Assembly: GCF_006345805.1 (NCBI RefSeq) | Contig: NC_043010.1 | Location: 39,866,001-39,930,000 of the forward strand | Length of the DNA: 64,000 nt | Source of the DNA: Octopus sinensis | Lineage: Eukaryota | Reading direction: 5' to 3' | Position numbers and translations under genes: made by a program | The notes under the pieces: model-generated | Seen by the model: the letters and a program-made list of their open reading frames with translations, nothing else | Database searches by the model: none | What the model was told of the DNA's origin: nothing | Part shown: positions 14,598 to 27,920 of the stretch, piece after piece | Position numbering within the stretch: the stretch's first letter is position 1 | How the letters are laid out: each line of letters starts with the position of its first letter

Positions 14598-15093
14598 ATA
14601 ACTTTAAAAATGTTTGATAGATTGCGGTTAATTCATTCTCTCTTACCTGTTTGTGTCAGCCTTCCAATTGCTGTTTTTACTGAGATCTCCCTTTTTAGTA
14701 GAAGAAATAGCTATAACCCTTTGACTGCTATTTCTAAATTCGGTATGTGGTAAGGCAATTCGTTGCTGAACCCTTATTGCTTAGTATTACTTAAATTTTC
14801 CTCAAATGAGGCTTTTACATGCCGAAGACTACTTGGTGTAATTGATAATTATTCCAAATTAATTAATTTCACCCTTCATTATTACGGATAACCATATTTT
14901 ATCTCAGTAGATGACTACAGCATCTTGTTTTGGCTACACGCGGGTGGGAAGGGGCTGTTGACACAATCGTTTCATTCACAAATTTGAATTCGGTGATACT
15001 AGTTGAGGATTCTAGCTCGCTCTGATACTGAGTTGAGTTGGTACCTCCTAGTATCTCAAAATTCAATATATAATCATTTATGATTATAGTATT

Positions 15094-15198
15094 CCACGCT
15101 GAAGAGAAAAGAAGTTTCGGTAAGATAGAATTATTTAATATTTAATATTTTAATTCTTATGCTTTCCTAAGACTTGATTTCGAAACGTACGTCCGTGG
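15094..15198 (+). ncRNA. Type I hammerhead ribozyme, array B copy 2
   Basis: Same motif; CTGAAGA at 15099-15105, predicted cleavage after 15193. Confidence 0.9.
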
Positions 15199-15691
15199 AT
15201 AACTTTAAAAATGTTGATAGATTGCGGTTAATCATTCTCTCTTACCTGTTTGTGTCAGCCTTCCAATTGCTGTTTTTACTGAGATCTCCCTTTTTAGTAG
15301 AAGAAATAGCTATAACCCTTTGACTGCTATTTCTAAATTCGGTATGTGGTAAGGCAATTAGTTGCTGAACCCTTATTGCTTAGTATTACTTAAATTTTCC
15401 TCAAATGAGGCTTTTACATGCCGAAGACTACTTGGTGTAATGATAATTATTCCAAATAAATTAATTTCACCCTTCATTATTACGGATAACCATATTTTAT
15501 CTCAGTAGATGACTACAGCATCTTGTTTTGGCTACACGCGGGTGGGAAGGGGCTGTTGACACAATCGTTTCATTCACAATTTTGAATTCGGTGATACTAG
15601 TTGAGGATTCTAGCTCGCTCTGATACTGAGTTGAGTTGGTACCTCCTAGTATCTCAAAATTCAATATATAATCATTTATGATTATAGTATT

Positions 15692-15796
15692 CCACGCTGA
15701 AGAGAAAAGAAGTTTCGGTAAGATAGAATTATTTAATATTTAATATTTTAATTCTTATGCTTTCCTAAGACTTGATTTCGAAACGTACGTCCGTGG
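15692..15796 (+). ncRNA. Type I hammerhead ribozyme, array B copy 3
   Basis: Same motif; CTGAAGA at 15697-15703, predicted cleavage after 15791. Confidence 0.9.
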
Positions 15797-16295
15797 ATAA
15801 CTTTAAAAATGTTTGATAGATTGCGGTTAATTCATTCTCTCTCTCTTACCTGTTTGTGTCAGCCTTCCAATTGCTGTTTTTACTGAGATCTCCCTTTTTA
15901 GTAGAAGAAATAGCTATAACCCTTTGACTGCTATTTCTAAATTCGGTATGTGGTAAGGCAATTCGTTGCTGAACCCTTATTGCTTAGTATTACTTAAATT
16001 TTCCTCAAATGAGGCTTTTACATGCCGAAGACTACTTGGTGTAATTGATAATTATTCCAAATTAATTAATTTCACCCTTCATTATTACGGATAACCATAT
16101 TTTATCTCAGTAGATGACTACAGCATCTTGTTTTGGCTACACGCGGGTGGGAAGGGGCTGTTGACACAATCGTTTCATTCACAAATTTGAATTCGGTGAT
16201 ACTAGTTGAGGATTCTAGCTCGCTCTGATACTGAGTTGAGTTGGTACCTCCTAGTATCTCAAAATTCATATATAATCATTTATGATTATAGTATT

Positions 16296-16400
16296 CCACG
16301 CTGAAGAGAAAAGAAGTTTCGGTAAGATAGAATTATTTAATATTTAATATTTTAATTCTTATGCTTTCCTAAGACTTGATTTCGAAACGTACGTCCGTGG
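16296..16400 (+). ncRNA. Type I hammerhead ribozyme, array B copy 4
   Basis: Same motif; CTGAAGA at 16301-16307, predicted cleavage after 16395. Confidence 0.9.
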
Positions 16401-17163
16401 ATAACTTTAAAAATGTTTGATAGATTGCGGTTAATTCATTCTCTCTTACCTGTTTGTGTCAGCCTTCCAATTGCTGTTTTTACTGAGATCTCCCTTTTAG
16501 TAGAAGAAATAGCTATAACCCTTTGACTGCTATTTCTAAATTCGGTATGTGGTAAGGCAATTCGTTGCTGAACCCTTATTGCTTAGTATATATATATATA
16601 TATATATATAAAACTCTCTCCCAAATCCTTCATATTGTATATATGTATGTGTGTGTGTCTGTGCGTGTGTCCGTGTGTATGTATGTGTGTAGGCGGTCAT
16701 GTATCTGCACGTATGTGTATGAGTATATGTAAGTTAGAATATACCCATGATTTCAATAAATGTAAGCTAGGAGGTAATGTTTAGGAAATGTATGTTTTAC
16801 GTAGCTTTCAAAATTGCGTGATGTGTTTCGTTGCATGTCGTACAGGTTCCAGAACAGGCAGCATTCGATAGTAGTCTCCGAAGAGTGTGAAACATCGTCG
16901 ATTCTGCTACATATCCTGGCAAATTAGTCATAAATAATCTTAAGTGTATGCTATGAATAATTACATAAAAATATACAGAAATAGGAAGAAAATCTAGTAT
17001 TCTTAAGACTTATGACATTAAGACGAAACGAAAATAATTTTTTGAGCATCCCCTATCAGATGAGTCCAAGACTGGCTAGAATTAACACACCGATCTTGTC
17101 AAAATAGAGGGACCTCTCGGAACCCTGTTCTACATGAGTACAATAATTTATGTTTTTATTTAT

Positions 17164-17428
17164 TTATGCGCCCTTTGCAAGCCTAGCCAGGGTCATGGGC
17201 GCGATTTCCCGGTTTCTGTAGCGTGCGCGTGCCCTCCCCCAGCTGGAGGGAACGCCAGTCCATCGCAGCGTTAATCAAGAAACAGGAAGAAAGAGTGAGA
17301 GAAAGTTGGGGCGAAAGTGTACAACAGGGAGTTCGTGGAGCTTTAGTTGTTTTTTAGCTCAATAAGCACACACAACGCCCGGTCTGGAATCGAACCCGCG
17401 ATCCTCCGACCGCGAGTCCGATACCCTC
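17164..17428 (-). mobile_element. tRNA-derived SINE, truncated
   Basis: Minus-strand B-box-like GGGTTCGATTCCAGACCGGG; body similar to 28331-28580 and 52707-52955. Confidence 0.7.
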
Positions 17429-18385
17429 CACAATTATTTATGTGATTTTGTAATATATGACTTCAACATTGAAGTATCAGATGATGAAAAATTTGACGTT
17501 CCCGTTAAGACAGTAGTCTAAGTCACAACAAATTTTGTAGGAAAATGCGTCAAAATAATATTGGAAAGAAGATAAATAATTATCAAATTACACAATGCTT
17601 AGTCTTAGAAATACTTCGTATTTAAATAACTTATCAGAATAGGGAATTTAAATAAAATGTATCTATAATTAAAGTAACAAATGCCTGTGATTTGTTAAAC
17701 TAATACTTAGATAAGAGATAATAAAAAAAAATAGCCATCATTATTCTCAATTTTATATTTATTATATTTGCGAAATTAAGTGAAATGACAAGAGCACAAG
17801 TAAATTAATGCTTGTATTTTAAAGTATGCGCGCTATGCCAGAATCAAAAACACGATAGTTATGCTGATATTGGGATATATGTGACTTGTGGAAGTCAAAA
17901 TTTACTATAAAATATAAACTGTAACGCTACAAAAATATGAAAGAAAATTATACTAAAACAGTTAAGAAAAATGTACAAATCCCACCCAAAGTTACCTGTT
18001 TTCCATGAAGACAACGAATAAGTAAGAAGTTTAACAAAATAAAATCAGTATCGTTTAATAGATACGACTCAATGTCTCGCTATGGCGATGACAAGAGTGA
18101 TAGTAGAGAAGGTATATATACAGCCATCATTCGTACAACATATATATCCGAGATTTAAGGTATGGAATCATGTTGCCAGTAAATATATTGCCTTAACTCC
18201 AGATCATGCCCGTTGCATGGAGAATGTCGATGAGGTACTGTGTAAACTGTAGTAGACCTACAGTTTTGGTACAAGTATTACTTTCTCAGTGGTGACGATT
18301 CTTGTCTTAGAGTTGACAGTCATCATTCGTACAACATATATATCCGAGATTTCAGGAATGGAATATATGAATTTATTTATATGCT

Positions 18386-18463
<78 letters not shown>

Positions 18464-20283
18464 TGCGTGGGTGTGCATATGTGTGTGTGTGTGTGTATGT
18501 ATGTGTATCTGTGTGTGTGATTGTGTATACAGATATAAAAGTATCGTTAGCACAGCGAGCAAAATGCTTAGCAACATTTCATCCATCTTTACTTTCTGAA
18601 TTCAAATCACTGTCGATAAAATAAGTACCAAATCACTGTCGATAAAATAAGTACCATTCATGAACTGAGGCCAGTGTAATCGACATATTTCTCCTCAGAA
18701 ATTGAAACCACTATATTTGAATTTGAATCCACTATATGCGTGAATTAATACATCAAAATATTTGATAACAATTAGGATTTTCCTTCACCCTATATGAGTT
18801 TCAAACGTTTATAATTGAATTGTCATTTGGACATTATGTGTAAAAATACATCAATATCAATGTCTTAATATGAATATTGTCGCCTGATGTTATTCACAAA
18901 TCCGATCGTCTGCTCCCTTGGTTTCATTTATTTGACGCAACATCCAATCAACTGCAACGAAGATAATTTTCGGCTGCCGCTGGTAACAGGTTTTATTTGG
19001 AAAGATTTCAACAATCGCCCATTGTGTATCACTCTCTTTGTAGATCTGTTGAATGATATAATGGGAATATTGGGAATCCGTAAGAATTAAGCTGAGGATT
19101 ATCAATAGCAACACCAAATGTGTCATGCTGTTATATCATAGTGAGAGATAATTAATGAAGGCAAGTATTGTCAGAAATCACCAAGCTTGCATTTACATGG
19201 TTAGAAGAAAGATGCTAAACTTTAAATATTGAGGGATCTGGGAATATCAAGCATTTCCTTTATAACGATAAGTATAAGCTTAGAGGCCCATACGCCAAGC
19301 CATACCGTGAGACAATTAGAGATGAGTTAAAGGGGAGTGAATTAAAGACACTTGAGGAATATATGAGTTGAAAAACTTTGACTGATACTGGGTACGAAAA
19401 TAAAATGCAGAAAAAGCCGAAGATTTTGTGGCAAAGGGTAAACTGAAGGTGATGAGGGTGAAACGAAATGACACTAAATAAATTGCACAGAAGGGAACAA
19501 GAAGGAAGAATACTGGTTTCGTATTTCTCACCAATACTTCAGGATTTCCTTCAAGATTTCCAGAATTTATATACTGTAACGCATGTATGAGAAAATCGAA
19601 TTAACTTTACAATATATATATATATATTAAAAGGGTAATTCGGTTTTCTCCCACACGTGTTATAGTATATATATATACTTTACTTTACTTTACCTGTGTA
19701 TAAAGTCTATCATTGGTTTCATGTTACGAAAATATCTTAACAAATCTTCAAAAACCGATCACATAAATGAATTGGTGTTCGTCTCTATTTTTATTAAAAA
19801 CACATATAAACACAGAAATTCAGAGTGAAGTTTGGATAAGCATAAACAAGAAATCAAGATGAATAACGCATGCGTAACAATTCTTCCATGATTATCTCAC
19901 TTGGGTTTGACTTTTCGAAAAAAAAATTGGGTTGAATGATCAGCTTATTTATATTATGTGATATCCTGGACATGTGTAATTTTCGTATGTTTTTGTACTG
20001 AGGGAGTTTATCATGAGGGCATGTGTAATATGTCTGTGGAGTCTATATGGTGTACATATTTTAATTTTCACGTTCAGAGACTAAAGCCTATCCTTGTTGG
20101 GTATCATTATGTGAAACTTACTTCACGTCATATATATATATATATATATATATAAATATATCAACAATCAAGGAACGGCCATAATAGGCCATTCACCCAC
20201 TAGAAATAACAGCCAAAGCTTCAACCGCAAATAAAAATCAATTCCGTAAACCAGGAGAAAATTTAAAAAACATTTACCCTGTA

Positions 20284-20390
20284 ATTTCTTATACGATGCA
20301 CCGTTTCATCTGCTGTTTAATGGTAAACTAACCTGATTAAATTAAATCAAGCCAATCTTCCATAGGCCCTCAGATTCTTCAGTAAGAAAT
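20284..20390 (-). ncRNA. Type I hammerhead ribozyme, element D inverted arm
   Basis: Minus strand: ATTTCTTA-CTGAAGA-68-nt helix II (ATCTG/CAGAT closing)-GAAA-CGGTGCATCG-T-A|TAAGAAAT. 8-bp helix I, near-palindromic helix III, GUA triplet. Confidence 0.88.
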
Positions 20391-20653
20391 AGCCAAGTCG
20401 GAACAGAAATGCCTCGTGAAAATATCCGCTGGTGAAAATAGGCCGCTGGTGGCAAAAAATTCTACAAAATTTTTTTGCCACCCTATATTGATTAATTATG
20501 AATTTTCTGGTTAATTCCGTAGTGGAATCGACGGCTTATATTTATTTGCTGCCGATAAATTTGGCGCGAGTGCGATGATTTGAAAATTTTAGGTCAGATA
20601 TTGCCTTGGCAGGGTCGGAAATGCCTCGTGAAAATATCTGTTCCGACTTGGCT

Positions 20654-20758
20654 ATTTCTTACTGAAAATCTGAGGGCCTATGGAAGATTGGCTTGATTTA
20701 ATTTAATCAGGTTAGTTTACCATTAAACAGCAGATGAACGGTGCATCGTATAAGAAAT
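20654..20758 (+). ncRNA. Hammerhead copy with damaged core, element D plus strand
   Basis: Same helices as 20284-20390, but the core reads CTGAA-A (G8 missing) and GAA (one A missing). Confidence 0.6.
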
Positions 20759-22949
20759 TACAGGGTAAATGTTTTTTAAATTTTCTCCTGGTTTACGGAA
20801 TGATTTTTATTTGCGGTTGAAGCTTTGGCTGTTATTTCTAGTGGGTGAATGGCCTATTATGGCCGTTCCTTGATTGTTGATGTTGAACTTAAAAATGGTC
20901 TATGACTATTTAATTTTTTCCCACTAGGCCGCTGGTGGCAAAAAATTCTACAAAATTTTTTTGCCACCCTATATTGATTAAATATATATAAATATATATA
21001 TATATACATATACATATGAATGTTGTACGTGGAGAAAATTAGGAGAGAGCGCGCGCGTGTGTGTGTGGTTGATTTGTAGTTTACTAGTGATTGTGTTTCT
21101 TATTGTCTCGTTTATATTTTGTTCCTTTATATTTTATGTCACTCTGATAGAATTTAGTGACAGCAACATCCTATTAGACACCAGTACTGCTTTCGATTTT
21201 CTTTGCAACATGAACCACTTATTGAAGCTGTTTGTCTACTTACTCCACTGTCTCTCATTCTATGGATCTATGACATCTAAAGACGGACGAAATGCTTCTG
21301 AGTATTTTGCCCCCAGCGTGCAAACAATTCTGTCAGCTTGCTGCCATATTGTGTCCAAATATTAAGTAAAGCGTTATCCACCACGCCGCTTACAGCTGTT
21401 TGACAATCCCTCCCAACGCATATCTCTGACAGGCGTCGATATGCATTGGCTCAAGAAATATATCAATTACACAGTTTGAAATATCTATGGGCCTCCAGCA
21501 TACATGAGGCCTATCTCGTCATCTAGAATGAAAACACATTTTGATCCGGCTAATGACATTTTAAAGATATCGCTTTAGCATTACTACAGCAAGCCAGTAA
21601 CTGAGCAAGTGAAAGAGTATTATAAAAATGAACAGGAAAAGACTAACAGAAATGTAAAAGTCGAAAAAGCTATTTTATCTTTATGCAACAAGAACATTGA
21701 CCAAGGAGATAAACGTTTGGAATGCGAATTAATAATAAATTAATGCGTTAACAAAATAAATAAAATAATCGGACACTATAAAATGAAATACAAATATACG
21801 TGAAGGATATGAACTAATAAGAGCCAAGTCAATATTACATCGAGGTAAATATGAAATACAAATCACTATGGGAAATTATTAAAACGGAAAATTCGGACAT
21901 AATGGCCATTATAAAATATAAATGTTAGCAGAACTATTTGAATTATTTTATTAACAAAGCAAGCATCAATATCACTAATCTAGGCATAACCTATACTAGT
22001 CTCGAAATTTAGGATGTGTTTAAAAGGGAACCTCATTAGTGGATACCCATGCAACAAATATTATCGAAGGGTAAACCTATTTTTGATGTTCTTTCTGTGT
22101 ATTAAAATGAGAAATAAAAAAAAAAATCGAGAAAAGAAAATGAAAAAAAGATAAGTGCCACAGAATGAGATAAATTTATAAAGGGTTACAAATCAAGAAA
22201 AAATTATTTGAAACAAAATATAATTAAATTACAAAGTATTCATTCTTATGAAACCTGAAAAGATAGCGAAGAAACGTTTTAAAAGCAGAGGCAGAATAAA
22301 ATGATTTAGAAGTAACTGTATTAATAAAATAAATACAATTCAAAGAAGCGCCAAGAGTAAGAGAAGGATTTGTTTGTCTCTTGTGGTTGCATACGTAGTG
22401 GAGTGTGGAAGAATCGTTTTGGAGTGTTATGGTTTTACATTTTTCCCTTTTAGAATTCTATGCTAAGGATGAAATATGTAAATGCATGACAGTTGCAGAA
22501 GAAAATGATAACCAACAAGCTAGCACACATTACATCCATAACACCATACCATTCTTAGGTAAACAGGAAAGAATAATAAACAGCACATATGTAGCACGTC
22601 AGTATCAAGGCCATTAAAACAAAAATGTTTATGTACATGGTGACAGTGCCATTCTTGGTGTAATATATGTTTTGCAAGATCTCTTCTCATATGAATGTTT
22701 CGAAAATGCTTGTACTAAAACTCATTTATATTATGAAGTTGTATGTGTAAATCAAATATTAGTTATTGATGTGAGTATTAATGCATTATAATAAAACGAG
22801 AACAAATTTATTCAAAGCAATAAGGCAGATACCATGCACATAAAATATAAACAATATGCATAAACCGTTTAGAAGGAACAAACTCTTTTTCCATCGATAG
22901 AGTTCGTTAACCCGGAGAAAGATATGTCTAAATATTCTTTTCTATAAAT

Positions 22950-23337
22950 TTTGGGGGAGGGGACTAGTCAATTTGATCGACTGGTACGTAATTTAGATCG
23001 ACCCTAATGCGTAACTGGTACTTATTTAATCGACCCCCAAAGGATGAAAGGCAAAGTCGGCCTCAGCGGAAATCAACTCAGAACGTAGCGGCAGACGAAA
23101 TACCTATTTCCTTACTTCCCACAAGGGTCTAAACACAGAGGGGACAAACAAGGACAGACAAACGGATTAAGTCGATTAGTTTGACCCCAATGCGTAACTG
23201 GTACTTAATTCATCGACCCGAAAGGATGAATGGCAAAGTCGACCTCGGCGGAATTTGAACTCAGAACGTAACGGCAGACGAAATACGGCCACGCATTTCG
23301 CCCGGAGTGCTAACATTTCTGCCAGCTCGCCGCCTTA
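22950..23337 (-). mobile_element. SINE family 3 (composite/dimeric)
   Basis: Minus-strand head GGCGGCGAGCTGGCAG...GAGTTCAAATTCCGCCGAGGTCGAC; the GGATGAA.GGCAAAGTCG module occurs twice; related copies at 27921 and 60580. Confidence 0.75.
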
Positions 23338-23499
23338 ATATGTCTAAATGTTAATCACAAACATATATTTAAAATACACGTGTTAAGATATTCATATTGC
23401 ACAGATCGATACAGTAACACTTCCTTTAAACGAAGATAGCACTCCACATCCTCTACATTACAAGCAATAGATTTTCGCTTCTTTCATACACATTGCAAG

Positions 23500-24250
23500 A
23501 ATTTAAGTGGGCGATCCTGTGCCCAGCCAGTGTCAAATGATCTCTGTTACCAAATGATTGTCTGTAAAGACTGTGCCTTACTGGACTGAAGAGGTGGACG
23601 TCAGAAGGCTCTGTAGTTGATGTGGGGGCATTCAGCTGCCCTATTGGCCGGTTGCTTGCTTTATTGTGAAAGATGAGTATTTTCACGCATTGTTCTTCAC
23701 GTTGGTTTCTCTAAACATTTTTAGCATTTTCAAAGCACCATTTGACATTCACAGTAGAGACCATCAAATTAAATGATGCCTTTATCATTCCCAAACAGTC
23801 ACCAAACATTTCTGCGTCGAGCGCTGGCTCTTGAACTTCTTAAGCCATGGGCTGCGTTTTCTTTTCCGAAGTTTAAAAATACACCGAAACCCCTTCCCTG
23901 TCACTAGATCAGAGAAAAGTATGTCTTTATTTGCTTCTTCTTCTAACAGGTCAAAGCACACTTCAGTGTTTCTCACCTTTCAATCACCCGTCAACTTTGC
24001 ACATTGCACCCAATTTTGATACCCAAAGTCATCCAGTATCATCCTTAATGCATTGTCACCAAAGTCCAATTATGCAATAAGCTCATAAATATTGACTTCT
24101 CTATCCGCACGGATCTATTCAAGCACCGACTGTTGACCCCTGTCAGTAGTTGATGTAACGCTACGCGTTTGCGGATTTCCCACTTCTATTAATTTTTTTC
24201 TCCTGGCATATTAATTTTGTCTATGGTGTCATAAATATCATTCTGAAGAT
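23500..24250 (-). pseudogene. mariner-family transposase relic
   Basis: Degenerate minus-strand translation R..VCFDLLE...DILFSDLVTG...KRKRSPW...QKCLVTVWE resembles mariner IVTGDE..W and K.MVTVWWD motifs; many stops and frameshifts. Confidence 0.6.
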
Positions 24251-24908
24251 GTCTCACAGACTGCACAGTTCCTTTGTCATGGACTCAATGACAGTATGTC
24301 GCCTCTACATGCAAACCATTATATGTATGCAAGAAATACTGGAAGAATAATTACTGCAGAGAAAGCATCACTCCACCGACGGGTACGATTTGAAGTACGT
24401 CTGTAAGTTAGTGAAACCATTATGCTCATATTCCCATGCTTTCCTGTAGAAATTTTATACATCTTTTTACTCTTCATTCTTAGTTGTAATGCATATTGAA
24501 AGTAGCGGTCTCGGTAGCATATTACATTTTTCTACGAGAGGTTACAAACTCGCCGCTCAGCTCATCTTTCCATAGTAAAGGATAGATATTACATGAGTTC
24601 TCTTAATTTTTATAACATTTATAAAGTTCTCACAGAGCAACCTGATCTCTAGCCGAGGATATCAGAGAGTAAAGAAAGTAGAGACAGAAAATCTGAACCC
24701 GTTTCCTAACTGATACAGTATTCATCAACCAGTCAATCATCACAGACGCAGTTGACCTGAGAGCTATTTAAATACTGTATTTTAAGAAATTGGCCAAATG
24801 CTTCAAAGCCCTTTGTCTTACCAACGCCAAAAGGCAGTAGCCTGGGTACAAGCATTCTCACAGGCCATATAAATGTGCATATTAAGGGATCTATAGATAG
24901 ACAGATAA

Positions 24909-24963
<55 letters not shown>

Positions 24964-25178
24964 CATAGATAGATAGATAGATAGCCACTACACACATTTT
25001 TTTCTCTCCTTTTTTTCTCTCCATCTTTCTCTCCTTTTTTTCTGTGTACCTTTCTGTAGAAGACTGTAGGCTCGAAACGTAAAATACTTTTTCTATTCCT
25101 GAGCGCTATACTAATACATCTGTTTGTTTTGTACACCACCTGTCTTCGTCTTTTGTTTTTTTTTTTCGTAAACTTTCA

Positions 25179-25259
<81 letters not shown>

Positions 25260-25702
25260 CATATTGTATAGAGTATATTATATTCTATTGTATGTACTCG
25301 TTCGCGTGCGCAAGCGTTTGTAAGAGTGTGTTTGTAATCATAGGTCTCCATAACCTAAAAGTGTAAAGACATGCTTAGTGTTTCTGTACTCCGTAAATTG
25401 GTTGAATTAATAAAATAGCGTTGGGTTAATCAACATGCTGTAAATGCATATTTCCATGTAACATGTGGATATATATATTTATATATATGAGTGTGTTTCC
25501 ATATACATATGCATATATATATATGTAAATACATATATATATATATATGTACATATATATATATATATATATATATGAATATATATACATATATATGTGT
25601 GTGTGTATGTATATATATATGTATGCATATATAAAGTTAGATAAGGCCGACTGCTCTATATCTTAGAGCGGGCTTCTTTTTCGGATTCATGTTTTACCGA
25701 AG

Positions 25703-25755
<53 letters not shown>

Positions 25756-25759
<4 letters not shown>

Positions 25760-26084
25760 GAAATGAAGAAAATGTTGACAAAATAATTTAAGTAATTTAA
25801 GTAATTTAATTAGGTGAAACTTCTTTTTACCGGTTGCGCATTTGTTATGCTTATCAAAATATATTTTTTAAAGAGAGATTAGAGTTCCTTTTCTGATAGA
25901 TTTTTTCCTCTTATCTGACAGTCAGATAAGATGAAAAAATCTATCAGAAAAGGAACTCTAATCTCTCTTTAAAAAATATATTTTGATAAGCATAACAAAT
26001 GCGCAACCGGTAAAAAGAACTTTCACCTAATTAAATTACTTAAATTACTTAAATTATTTTGTCAGCATTTTCTTCATTTCCTTT
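25756..26084. repeat. 329-bp near-perfect palindrome
   Basis: Arms 25756-25919 and 25921-26084, centred on CTGAC-A-GTCAG; a few mismatches; (TA)n immediately to the left. Confidence 0.9.
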
Positions 26085-26144
26085 TTATATATCACAACTC
26101 GTGTTCCACATCTCCTTTTTTTAAATAAATATATATATATATAT

Positions 26145-26175
<31 letters not shown>

Positions 26176-26893
26176 GGATGACTTTTTTCCCGTCTTCACT
26201 AGACTCAGGCAGAATGGACCCAAATATACTTCAGATATGCTAATTTGAAACTTCAAACATGATATTGCTTTCTAATAGTACACAATATCGCAGCTCCTAA
26301 ATATGCTGCATTGCATGCGCAAATATCAGCATTTTGGTCATTTATAACACACAAAAGAAAGCAACCACATCTAAATAATTTTCTGATTCTGTGTATAATA
26401 AATCCATAGTACACAGAAATGTCCAGAAGAAAAGCACATTCATAAAATATAGGAAAAAGAAAAGAAAAACCATTCATCAACAGCTACAAACGTGTTAGAG
26501 AGATATTTGTATGAATAAACAAAACATGGTTCAGGTATACATTAGTAATGTTTTCAGAACCAAATAATAAAATTAGACATAAGAAAGCGACATAGACACT
26601 TTATTGGTCCGCTGTTATGAGCATTACCAACCTTTATCTGAAATATTCCATGTATAATACCAATGCGTTTAATCTAACTTCCAAATTGAATTGGAGATCG
26701 CCAATGCAAAGCGAAAGAAAGCGTGTTGAAATAAAACGAACTTATTACCTATTGAAAAAATAAAAAAAAGGACAAAAAACATAAACAAACGCTACAGCTT
26801 TGTATGACATGACATTATTCTAACTTGGTGAAGGAAGTGAATTGTATTGCAACTACTGGTGCTGCAACTGCTGTTTCTACTACAAATCGTCAT

Positions 26894-26937
<44 letters not shown>

Positions 26938-27086
26938 TTGTTGTTGGTGCTGCTGCTGCTGCCGCTACTACAACTTCTACAACTTTCTGCATAACTTTTA
27001 ACGAACGTCGCTGCCATTCAGGATGTCTCTCTCACTCTCATTCTCTCTTTCTTTATATGTATATATGTTCATATATATTCACACAC

Positions 27087-27134
<48 letters not shown>

Positions 27135-27310
27135 TATATATATATATACACACGGAAATGTTGAACAATGAGAATCAGTTCTCATCACCGCATTAATTGC
27201 TAAATTTCTTTATTTCTCTTTTATATATATGTGTGTGCATGTTTGTGTGTGTATAGACAGATAGATAGATATACATATACATATATGCATAAACACACCC
27301 CACCCCATTA

Positions 27311-27355
<45 letters not shown>

Positions 27356-27920
27356 AATATTATATATCATATATGCATATATACAAAATGTATAAAATAT
27401 ATAACATGTATGTGTGTATGCATACCTGATTGCGACCCAAATATTTAACGTTCTGCGAAACAAATAGAGAGAGAGAGAACTTTTGGAACACAGAGTAAAT
27501 GTTTAATCATTTCATTGTGGCAGGTAGACAAAATGTAATTCCAAAGGCAAGAAGTAAAAAAAAAACTAGAAACTTTAAAAAAAAAACTCAGACATTTACC
27601 AAAATTGAATGAATGTCTAAAAGATAAAAAAACACAAAGAACACTTATTCGTAGATGTACAAGGAAGAAAATATTTTTAAATAATATAAATGTCACCGAT
27701 AAAATTGTGTAAATTCTACTAGATCCGACACGCAAAACAACATACAATTAATTACGGGCACCAATTGTATTGTATAAAATAGCAAAGCAAGAAAAACAAG
27801 GACGTACTAAAAAACTACACAACCAATCGAATGTACATAACAGTTTACCAAAAAAAAAAAAAAAGACGAAACAATAATGTAATATGTGCCGACGACATAT
27901 AGTAATATAAAATCATACAA

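Larger units (their letters stand above)
14095..16588 (+). repeat. Tandem array B, about 600 bp unit x4.15, one HHR per unit, inserted in (TA)n; retrozyme/Penelope-like multimer
   Basis: TTAGTAGAAGAAATAGC recurs near 14095, 14695, 15295, 15897 and 16497; units differ by few changes, mostly 1-nt indels; (TA)n on both sides. Confidence 0.95.
20160..20980. mobile_element. Element D: about 486-nt HHR monomer with terminal direct repeat plus inverted arm, flanked by (TA)n
   Basis: 20160-20406 is the reverse complement of about 20638-20881; direct repeat 20439-20494 / 20925-20980; TA runs on both sides. Confidence 0.85.

Noticed and set aside
14095-16588. CRISPR-like or plain satellite reading of the tandem arrays
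   Set aside because: There is no repeat-spacer alternation and the DNA is eukaryotic; one complete HHR per unit explains the structure better than an inert satellite.
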